A DNA stretch of 64,000 nucleotides from Mobula hypostoma. Lineage: Eukaryota. Within the stretch, counting starts at the first letter, position 1. Each line of letters starts with the position of its first letter. The stretch lies in the NCBI RefSeq assembly GCF_963921235.1, contig NC_086108.1, positions 75,642,001-75,706,000 of the forward strand. Direction: 5' to 3'. Shown here piece by piece: positions 1 to 11,300 of this stretch. Made by a program: the position numbers and the translations under genes. Below the pieces are notes generated by a model. It was not told the origin of the DNA, did no database searches, and was given only the letters and a program-made list of their open reading frames with translations.

Positions 1-2751
1 TGAAATGTCAAAATGTGCAAGAGCAATGCATCACTGATAATATCTGTACTTCCATGTTCAACTGTGCACATGTAGACAAGAATATGAAAGGATTCTGCAG
101 TTGTATGTAAATCACCAGGCTTGGCAAGAATAGAGCCTGGGCTGTTAAGGGAAGGAGGAAATCGCAGTTTCTGGCTTTTGTTTTCCAATTATTTCTGGCC
201 ACAAAGAAAAGCAGATTAGTTGAAGATTATGACCAATTTACTGATGTTTAAAAAGGATAAGAGAGATAATAATTGCAAGCTTTGGTGGAGGTCAGATTTC
301 TGGGGAACAATATATATTATTAGTTAGAAAGATGCTGATTAATCATTGAGTTTCAGCAAGGGAAGATTGCATTACTGGAGTCACAGAATGACATAGCACT
401 TTGGCCCTCCTGATCTGTCATCTAGACCCATTTACGATAACCCCATTAGATGTTCCCCACATTCTCATCAACTCCAAATCCCTAGATTATAATTCTGACC
501 TATTCACTAGGGGCAACTTAAAATTGTCAATTTGTATCTTCTAACCAGCACCTGAATATGATGCAGGAGGGAAATGGATCATTGGGAGAATTTGAAAACT
601 CCACTCAAATGTATCCAATGCAAGCATTGAACTAAGGACACCAAAGCCATGAGGCAACATACCTGCTGGCTTTGATAACACTCCAGAGGGTTATAGTCAA
701 TGAGTGTTTTGAGACTCATGTGCTACCTAGGTCCCTTCCTTTTTATGCTACACACAGATGCCTTAGACCACCATGTAAATTTTGCAAATAACATAAAAAC
801 TGTGTGGTTAGCATAGAATAGTGAGAAGAGTGGTTATGAGAAAAAAGTTGGTAGACTGCAGAAAGATATCAGTAAGGGCAGAAAACAGAATTCATAGCAG
901 AGGAGCTTAAGGAATTACTTACTTTCCCAAAATGTAAGACAAAACAAACATATTTCATGGCAAGATAAAGACAAGATGCAAATCCACAAATCTCTAATGG
1001 GAGCTAGCATATGGGAATCCTTATTTTCTGGGGAGCAGGGGACAAAGATAGGATTTTTATTTTAGGGTTGTTAGTAATTCTACCATAAATAGACCACAGA
1101 TAGACTGTCGTGTACAGTTCTGGTCTCTAACTTAGACGAACTGTATTAGACTGCGTAAAGAATATATTTACAAGGGTGTAACAATCCAAGAGATCAATAG
1201 TTTTTCCTTGGAACAAAACAGGCTGAAAGAATTGATATAATATGTTAAGGGCCTAGACAAAATAGATTGGAAGGTCCTACTTCTCTAGCAGACAGTTCAA
1301 TGACCAGATAACAGAGATATCTGGAAATTGGGAAAAGAATTAGAGAATTGTTATGGGGTTTGGATATTGCTAACACTAAATATCCTCTAAGTGAATATGC
1401 AGTATATTTGCAATGGAGGGCAGCAAAGCATTGGAGAAAGGACGTTTTCAAAGTCGATCGAACCTTAGTCAGAATCCAAGAACATTTTTCAGAAATCTGT
1501 CATGTGTTTGTTTTACTTGGTGGAACAAAGTGGAAAGAACAAAACAGTTAACCACAATTTCACAATAATTATTGTCCCGAATGCCTCCCACAGCAAAGTC
1601 TTTAATCTAACCAAACTGCAGAGTTCTCAGCTTAGATCATCTTCAGTCATGTGGTGAACTTCACTGGTTTCCAGGTCACAACACACATCCATTTATTTCA
1701 CAACTTGGAAACTCTCCATAAATGTTGCATAAAGTTTGTTATATAACAGTACCATCTAGTGCAAGTGCAGAGAATTGCATCTCAAGAAGCTGTCACCAAG
1801 GAGTTTTATCAAAACATTTTATTCACATATGATAAAGTAGTACAGAATATAATGCTTAACCAGTGAAAATATGTCAGAATCAAATCAAAATTGAGGCATA
1901 AAGTTATGGATTAAAATCCCTCATCACAAAAAATGCCTCATCCCAATTATTCACTTTCTATATCAATGATTTAGCTGAGTGAAACAAATACCTACTTTTA
2001 CCAAATAGAAGTAATTTATTGGTTTATATCACTTTGGTTTCCCTAAAATACTTAAAAGATTATATACAATGCTGTCAGTTTAAAAAAAAACAGAATTTAA
2101 TTAATACAGTCCCACTAAACCTTGGTGGCATTGCAAAATATTGAAACTGAATTTAATATTTTGCAGAGTATTCTTACCATCCTCTGTACCGTGAAAAATA
2201 CTAAACCACACAGAACTCTGCCTATTGCAAAACTTATCCAAGATTTCTTCCAGTTTACAGATATATTAATACAAGCCAATTGACTAGGCTGAGTTTTGCA
2301 AACTGATTCCAACCTGTGCATGAAGTCCCTACAGCTTCTATCACGAGACCAACTTCTGTACAAAGGAAAATTACCGCCAATGCTGCAATATGAATAAAAA
2401 TAGAAAGTAACAAAATTTTTTGACAGGTCAAGCAGCATCTGAGGAGGAGGAATGGGTGTTAATTATTTATGGCAATAACCCTCTATCAGAACTGAAAAGT
2501 TAGAAATTAGCAAATAATAACTAGTGGTGAAAATGGAAAGGGTAAAACAAAGGTAGAACAAAAAGAAAATCTATAAAAGGTCCACTGAAGTGATATATCA
2601 GATGAAGAGACAACAATAAACAAGTGTAGTGAAATGAGTCTGAATCAAACAGTTGTGGAGAGAGGAGGTGCCATTATTTGAAAATATTAAGACTGAAAGG
2701 CTGATATCTGCCTGGCTGGAAGATGAAGTGCTCTTCACTGAATTTGATTGA

Positions 2752-3372
2752 AACATAGAAAACCTACAGCACAATACAGGCCCTACAGCCCACAAAGCTG
2801 TGCCGAACATGTCCCTACCTTAGAACTACCTAGGCTTTACCCACAGCCCTCTACTTTTCTAAGCTCCATGTAGCCATCCTGGAGTCTTTTAAAAGACCCT
2901 ATCATTTCCGCTTCCACCACCACCGCCAGCAGCCCATTCCACGCATTCACCACTCTCTGCGAAAAAAAACTTACCCCTGACATCTCCTCTGTACCTACTT
3001 GCAAGCACCTTAAAACTATGCCCTCTCGTGCTAGCCATTTCAGCCCTGGGGAAAAGCCTCTGATTATCCACATGGTCAATGCCTCTCATTATCTTGTACA
3101 CCTCTATCAGGTCACCTCTCATCCTCCATCGCTCCAAGGAGAAAAGGCCGAGTTCTCATAAGGCATGCTTCCCAATCCAGACAACATCCTTGTAAATCTC
3201 CCCTGCACCCTTTCTATGGTTTCCACGTCCTTCCTGTAGTGAGGCGACCAGAATTGAGCACAGTACTCCAAGTGGGGTCTGACCAGGGTCCTATACAGCT
3301 ACAACTTTACCTCTTGGCTCTTGAACTCAGTCCCACAGCTGATGAAGGCCAATACACCATATGCCTTCTTAA
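2752..3372 (-). mobile_element. CR1 LINE 3' fragment
   Basis: Encodes ...[15 protein letters not shown]..., FFSQRVVNAWN; TCTATGTT-type tail at the left end. Confidence 0.9.
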
Positions 3373-3543
3373 ACGCAAAACAGATGATAAAAGGGAACAT
3401 GGTGGCTAGACAAGAAAGTGGACTTGGTACACAGGGTCTCATGGAATAGCAAGGTAACTTCAGAGCATCTAATGAGCCTACTTAGATTGGTTTCATTATG
3501 CTTGGCACAGACTTTGGGGGCAGAAAGGCAATATTCTATGCTC

Positions 3544-3746
3544 CAAGCAACATACATCAAAGTTGCTGGTGAACGCAGCAGGCCAAGCAGCATCTATAGG
3601 AAGAGGCGCAGTCAACGTTTCAGGCCGAGACCCTTCGTCAGGACTTCTTCCTATAGATGCTGCTTGGCCTGCTGCGTTCACCAGCAACTTTGATGTATGT
3701 TGCTTGAATTTCCAGCATCTGCAGAATTCCTGTTGTTTTTGTTTTT
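3544..3746. mobile_element. 203-bp fold-back mini Penelope-like insertion
   Basis: Perfect 61-bp inverted repeat 3544-3604 / 3646-3706; sequence matches the PLE termini at 58750 and 60660-60750; 14-bp TSD AATATTCTATGCTC at 3530-3543 and 3747-3760. Confidence 0.9.
3610..3645 (-). ncRNA. Minimal type I hammerhead ribozyme motif (PLE-associated)
   Basis: Minus strand reads AGTC-CTGACGA-AGG(GTCTCGG)CCT-GAA-ACGT-T-GACT: stem I AGTC/GACT, CUGANGA box, stem II, GAAA box, palindromic ACGU in place of stem III, GUU cleavage triplet. Confidence 0.8.
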
Positions 3747-5184
3747 AATATTCTATGCTCTATTATTTGAAGAGTAAGTTGGAATTTGGTTCAAATCCCA
3801 AAAGAACCACTAAACTAAAAGACATCTAATAGTTTGACTCCTCCTTTCTCAAAACTATGAATTTTAAGATGGCAATGAGGTATTATTTAAATATAAAATC
3901 CACTTTCTTTCTTGTTTCCTACTGTGCATCCTGCCCAATAATTAATAGGCTTCAGACTGCAAATTTTAAAAATCTACTTCAGAGCATTTATTTAGAAAAC
4001 TGTTAATCATTAAAAAAGATACAAAATATTTGTCATCAGGTAAAACAGGTAAAAAGATGTTCCACACTCAAGTAACGGTACTTAATTTCTCTCAGAAACA
4101 ATGACTGACATCTTACGAGAAGCAATAATTAAAGCAAGATGGCACTACACAGTACAACCAGTAACAAATTGCAGTCTACATATGCACTTGAGGTTACACA
4201 GGCTTTTATAAACACAGAGCTGAAATCTCCAAAATCAATATTAGTATAAAAATTCTCTAAACATTACTTTTATCTTGCCCTAATAGCACAACATATGATG
4301 GTAGGAGCTCCCATTGACACTATAGATTTATTGGATTCACAAAAAATTGAATTTATTAAAAGCCTCTATGAAAATACATTTTCTGTTTGATCAAAACATA
4401 AAAGGAAAATTATAAGCTAAATGAATACCATCTTAAAATATATTGCCAGATTTGGATAACTATTTTTATTTCTTTTTACCAAGTTATCCAGTATCTAAGA
4501 ACTGACAGGGTAGAAGGTGACTTACTACAAGAACCTGGCCATTTTCTCAGAAGGCAGCCATCAGTTGATCACAAGTTACTGTATATAGATTTGGATGGAA
4601 ATAATTCAGCCCGTGATCAAGCCTGCCTTCCTACAAAGTGAATGGGAAGGATATGGTCTTTATTTCACAATTCTTATTAACAGTTCTACTCCGATCATGG
4701 CAAGTTGTAGAGGGGGACACGGTGCCTTGTTCAAACCACCTGGTGATTTTACACACACCTAACTACTGAGACAAATGGAAAATATCAGTACAAAAGTCAA
4801 CAGAATGAGTGAAATAGTGACTGTAGGTTATATATTAATGAAGAATTAAGTTATTAAGTTGTCTGAGACATGATCAATGATTACACAAATTCTTACCTTT
4901 ACGAATTTCTGTTAAAAAATCTTTTTGAAATGCAGTATAAAATGAAAACAATTTATAAAAACTACAGAAATTATGTAAAACTTTGGCATTTGTTCTCCAT
5001 GAGCAGATGAACTCCAATGGGCATAAATTAGTTGCGAATTTTACAAGGCAGTGAAGATATATGATCAAAAGATTGACTTTAACAAAACCAAATCCTTAGC
5101 GATGAAACAAATGTTTGGCCTTGATCTGAATTATCTGTAGATGTCAAAAAGTGAATGGTGAATGATTATCTGACATCAAGCCAA

Positions 5185-5316
5185 CTATGATGGCTTAATC
5201 GGAGCAGGACGTAAAAAATTATCCATTGAGAGCTGTCGTCCACTCAAGTCTTTTGGTGCTCTGTGTTTCCTTCCATTTCGTTCCTTTCCAAGATTTTTCA
5301 TGCCACACTTGCCACC
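5185..5316 (-). CDS. MUTYH: MUTYH last coding exon (GGKCG...[17 protein letters not shown])
   Basis: ctctgcag acceptor; PIP-box-like [11 protein letters not shown] stop at 5187-5185. Confidence 0.9.
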   Translation of the reverse strand, partial: GGKCGMKNLGKERNGRKHRAPKDLSGRQLSMDNFLRPAPIKPS

Positions 5317-8300
5317 CTGCAGAGAGATTAAGGTGCAAGTTGTACATTACATTTGACTGGAGGTGGACATTCTAAATTAGATGGAGATACAAAAGACTGA
5401 GTGTGCTGGAATCTAGAGCAAAAAAAAAACTGCTGAAGGAGCTCAGCTGGTCAGGCAGCAACTATAGAGCGAAGTGGTCAGTTGGCATTTGGGGCCAAGC
5501 CCTCTTACCTGGAGAGGAAGAGCAAAGAGCATAGGGTGATAGGCAGTTTAAAGAGGTGGGGGGGCAGGGGGAAGAGCTAGCCAGTGACAGGCAGATCCAG
5601 GTGAGGAGCAGTTGGTTGATAGATGGAGAATAGCAAAGGCCATCTAGGACTCATATTAATTTCTCCTACACTGACTTGTCTGTCTACCATCTCCTCCACT
5701 GCCAGTCTGAGGCCAAATGCAAACCGGAATGACAGCATCTCATATTTTGCCACAGTAGTCTACAACCCAATGGCCAAACACTGAATTCTTCAATTTCAGG
5801 TAACTCACTCCCCTTCTGTCCACTTCTCTCTCCTTCTGATCTACCCAGATTTTCCCACACACCCTTCTTTCTAAACACTCATCCAATCCACTAAGCCCCC
5901 CACCCGCTGTCTTTCTCCTTCCCCACCTACTCCATCTGCCCTTTACCTACTCACTTCTCCCCTCCTTTCATGACTGTGACCCCAACCCACACTGTTCCCA
6001 CCTTCCTACCATACCCCTCTTATTTGCTGTCTTGAGGAAAATTAAAGTGGATAAATCCCCAGGACCTGACAGGGTGTTCCCTCGGACCTTGAAGGAGACT
6101 AGTGTTGAAATTGCAGGGGCCCTGGCTGAAATATTTAAAATGGCGCTGTCTACAGCTGAGGTGCCAGAGGATTGGAGAGTGGTTCATGTTGTTCCGTTGT
6201 TTAAAAAAGGATCGAAACGTAATCCGGCAAATTATAGGCCGGTAAGTTTAACATCGGTAGTAGGTAAGTTATTGGAGGGAGTACTAACAGACAGAATCTA
6301 CAAGCATTTGGATAGACAGGGACTTATTAGGGAGAGTCAACATGGCTCTGTGCGTGGTAGGTCATGTTTGAGCAATCTATTGGAGTTTTTCGAGGAGGTT
6401 ACCAGGAAAGTGGATGAAGGAAAAGCAGTGGATATTGTCTACATGGACTTCAGTAAGGCCTTTGACAAGGTCCCGCATGGTAGGTTAGTTAGGAAAATTC
6501 AGTCACTAGGTATACATGGAGAGGTGGTAAATTGGATTAGACATTGGCTCAATGGAAGAAGCCAAAGAGTGGTAGTAGAGAATTGCTTCTCCGAGTAGAG
6601 GCCTGTGACTAGTGGTGTGCCACAGGGATCAGTGCTAGGTCCATTGTTATTTGTCATCTATATCAATGATCTGGATGATAATATGGTAAATTGGATCAGC
6701 AAATTTGCTGATGATACAAAGATTGGAGGTGTAGTAGACAGTGAGGAAGGTTTTCAGAGCCTGCAGAGGGACTTGGACCATCTGGAAAAATGGGCTGAAA
6801 AATGGCAGATGGAGTTTAATACAGACAAGTGTGAGGTATTGCATGTTGGAAGGACAAACCAAGGTAGAACATACAGGGTTAATGGTAAGGCACTGAGGAG
6901 TGCAGTAGAAGAGGGATCTGGGAATACAGATACAAAATTCCCTATAAGTGGTGTCACAGGTAGATAGGGTCATAAAGAGAGCTTTTGGTACATTGGCCTT
7001 TATTAATCAAAGTATTGAGTATAAGAGCTGGAATGTTAAGATGAGGTTGTATAAGGCATTGGTGAGGCCGAATCTGGAGTACTGTGTTCAGTTTTGGTCA
7101 CCAAATTACAGGAAGGACATAAATAAGGTTGAAAGAGTGCAGAAAAGGTTTACAAGGATGTTGCTGGGACTTGAGAAATTCAGTTACAGAGAAAGGTTGA
7201 ATAGGTTAGGACTTTATTCCCTGGAGCGTAGAAGAATGAGGGGAGATTTGATATAGGTATATAAAATTATGATGGGTATAGATAGAGTGAATGCAAGCAG
7301 GCTTTTTCCACTGAGGCAAGGGGAGAAAAAAACCAGAGGACATGGGTTAAGGGTGAGAGGGGAAAAGTTTAAAGGGAACATTAGGGGGGGCTTCTTCACA
7401 CAGAGAGTGGTGGGAGTATGGAATGAGCTGCCAGACGAGGTGGTAAATGCGGGTTCTTTTTCAACATTTAAGAATAAATTGGACAGATACATGGATGGGA
7501 GGTGTATAGAGGGATATGGTCCGTGTGCAGGTCAGTGGGACTAGGCAGAAAGTGGTTCGGCACAGCCAAGAAGGGCCAAAAGGCCTGTTTCTGTGCTGTA
7601 GTTTTTCTATGGTTTTCTATGGTCACCTTCCTTTCTAATCAGATTTTATAAACTGCTTCCCTTTACTGCTCCACCTATCACCTCCTGGCCTTTACTGCTA
7701 TGTCCACACCTGATTCTATTTGCCTGTCAATCCCTCCTCACCTGGATCCACTGATCACTTCCCAGCTCTTCCCCACCCAACTCCTCCTTTCATCACCCCC
7801 TGACTCTCCATCCAGATGAACAGTCTCAACCAAAAATGTTAGCTGTCTATGTCCTCTGCAGATGCTGCCTCAGCCACTCGTCTCCTCCAGTAGCTCAGCT
7901 TTTTTTTGCTCTTTTAGCTAAATCAGCTGCTGATGAAAAGCTGAATGGCCATTATGTGTGTGTAAGTCTACCAGGAACAGTTGGACATTTGGCTAAATAG
8001 ATGTCAAATCCAGTATTCATTCAATATCCACACAGAAGGTGCAGATCAGAATAATATTCCTTCTCTCCAGGTTACGTACTGTGCCACAAACCAGACAGTG
8101 AACCACAAATATTCCTGAATTGGATAATTCAGATTATCGTATGACAAACCCAGACAATCAGAATAAAACCTTTTGAAGCCATAGCAACTGACTTAAATAA
8201 TAAACCATGATGGACAGGCAAATCTGCCTGTCTAAAGCTTATATCAAAAGAGTAGAGAGCAAATGCCAATATAATTGCATCACCTACCTTCTCCATCACA

Positions 8301-11300
8301 CTTGAGTGTTTAAACAAACGAAAGACCTGTAAATATTTTGAAAAGAGTTAATACAGTGAATTCCAAGTTCCGATGCAAAAATGTAAATCATTTCATGACA
8401 AGAAATACATTGTGTCAGTGCTCCACTGTGCTGGGCCAAGGCTATAATTGTACAAATAGCTCACTTCTCCCCTCAGCTATGCCAATATACTGAGTAAAAA
8501 TTGGACCCCACTCTTATACCATTCAGGAGAGCTAACAATGGGCCTCCAGCCCATCCTCTCAGATTTACAGTACTGTGCAAAAATCTTAAGCACATATATA
8601 TATATATATATATAACTAGAGTGCCCAACTTAAAACAATTCTGAGCACAAATTAAGAAAGACCACACAGCCTTGTTTGTCCCCACATTCAGTACGTATAC
8701 TGACGAGTTTCAGTTTTCTCTCCTCGCCACCTTGCTTGGTTTCAATAATCACCCTTCCACTGATTCTATAATGCAAAAGAAAGCTTTAACCTCATGGAAT
8801 CTGCAACAACTCTTTCAAAGAACAATATACTTAAACCAAGCAGTTAATTTGACAGAAGCATTGTATCATGATGGTGAAGACTAATGTCACTCAATTTGAA
8901 CTTAGCTGCTCAAGACATTAGCCTGGAGTCTAAAACTGTACAACACCGTAAAACCCAGTACCTCCTGCTTCAGTTTAGTGACTTCGTATCTGAACGACCA
9001 GAATATTCACCTTCTTCATGGAAGTAGGAACAGCTGATTGAAAAAATTCAGCCTCAGTAACCCAACGGCAAGAAGGTTGCTCCAGGTCCTCTTGCTTCAC
9101 AGTATCACCAGTCGTGTCATGAAATAAATTACTGTACACAAGATAGGTTTGATGAATATGAGAAAAGATGTGTACTACCTATATAAAAAAAAAGAAAATC
9201 CTGATTTAAAAGAGTGAACATTGGCTACTTCGTATTACTAGAACACAGTTAAGGCAATGGTGTTATACTTTTACTTAATTTTATTTAAAGTTAAAGCACA
9301 GTTAAAGGCTCTTTAGGCCCAATGAGTCAGTGCCGCCCGCCCAATCACACCAATGTGTCCTACCATCCTGTACACCGTTGGAATGTGGGAGGAAACAAGA
9401 ACATCCGACGAAGCCCACGTGGTCACGGGTAGAACATACAGTGGCAGAATTGAACCCGGGTTGCTGGTGCTGTAATGGCATTACACTACCAAAGTGCTAC
9501 CCTGTTGTCCTTACACAATTCAATCACATTAAACAGCTCACCTCCCCAACGTACTGCACATGTGTACTTGTAACAAGATTTCCTGTTAATTCTGTGAGCC
9601 GATCAGAAATCATTTGCTTCAGCTTCTTTTCTTTCACTTCAGTGTCCAATAGAACACTAGGGAAGTCCCACATTCCAGCCAAGAGTCCTGACAATCAAAA
9701 GGTTACAAGACACTGAATGAATGGATCAAAATCACCAGTTTCTTGGAAATGACAAAGAAAAGGAAAACTGGGTTACAGTTATTCTGGAAAATATAATACC
9801 CCAACACCTTGTAAACTTTCAATGACTCATTTAAGACAACCCATTAAGACCTCAAGACATAGGAGCAGAATTAGGCCATTCGGCCCATCAAGTCTGCTCT
9901 CCAGTCCGTCGTGGTTGATTAGTTTCCTCTCTCAACCCTATTCTCTTGCTTTCTCCTTGTAACCACTGGTGCCCTTATTAATCAAGAACCTATCAATCTG
10001 CTTTAAATATATCCAATGACTTGGCCTCCATAGTCACCTGTGGCAATGAATTCTACAGATTCACCACCGTCTGGCTAAAGAAATGTCTCCTCACCTCTGT
10101 TCTAAAGGGATGCCCTTCTATTCTGAGGCTGTGGCCTCTGATCCAAGACTCCCCCTCATAATGGAAACATCCTCTCCACATCCACTCTTTCCAAGCCCTT
10201 CAATATTTGGTATGTTTCAATGAGATTCCCCCCTCGTTCTTCTGAACTCCAGCGAGTACAGGTCCACAGCACTCCTTAAAGTTAACCCCTTCATTCCTGG
10301 GATTATTCTCGTACAGCTCTTCTAGACCTCCTTTCTTATATATAGGGCCCCAAACTGTACACAATACACCAAGCATAGTTTAAACAATGCTTTAAAATGT
10401 TTCAGCATTACGTCCTTGCTTTTATATTCTAATCCTCTCAAAATGAATACTAGCATTGCATTTGCCTTCCTTGCTACTGACTCAACCTGCAAGTTAACTT
10501 TCAGGACTCCCGACGCCCTTTGCTCCTCCAATTTCTCAATTTGCTCCCTAGTAAGAAAACAGTATATACCTTTATTCCTTTTACCAAAGGACATGAGCAG
10601 ACTGCATTTCCCACTGTAATTCCCACTGCATTACATCTGCTACTTCTTTGCCCATTCTCCTAATCTGCCCAACTCCTTCCTGTTTCCTCAACACTACCTG
10701 CCCCTCCAACTATCTCTGTATTGTTCACAAAACTATCAATTCTGTCATCCAGATCATTAACATTGTAGCACACCCAACACTGACCCCTGCAGAACACCAC
10801 TAGTCAACAGCAGCCAACCAGAAAAGGCCTCCTTTATTCCCACTCTGGGCCTCATGTGAGGCAGCCAATCACCTGTGCACACTAGTATTTCCTGTAATAC
10901 CACAGGCTCCCATATTGTTTAGTAGCCTCATGTGCGGTACCTTGTCAAAGACCTTCTGAAAATCCAGTAAACAACATCCACTGACTCTTCTTTGTCTGTC
11001 CTGCCTGTTGTTTCTTCAAAGAATTCCAGCATATTTGTCGGGCAAGACTTCCCCTTCAGAAAACCATGCTTGACTTCGACCTATTTTATCTTGTGCCTCC
11101 AAGTACCCTGGAGTGAAGCCACAAATTTGCTGTTTTCTAATAAATGTAAGCTTCCTATTCTGGAAAGTTTTATCTGATGAGCTATTCTCTTAGCTAAACA
11201 TTTACTTGCATTCATCTAGCTACATTGCAACATTGGTGAATATTTCTTTTGGAGCTCCAACAGACTCTCAAATATTTTCCCACAACTGGAAAGGGCACTG

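Noticed and set aside
1..160. Possible minus-strand exon after the acceptor ...cccttaacag at 143-142
   Set aside because: The frame stays open to the window edge, but the peptide has no recognisable homology and cannot be supported.
3418..3748. Near-identical short ORFs on both strands (MLVNAAGQAASIGR...)
   Set aside because: Artefact of the 61-bp inverted repeat in a PLE terminus, not genes.
4659..4664. MUTYH polyadenylation signal (AATAAA on the minus strand)
   Set aside because: Plausible, but several equivalent hexamers occur in this AT-rich region; it cannot be chosen without 3'-end data.
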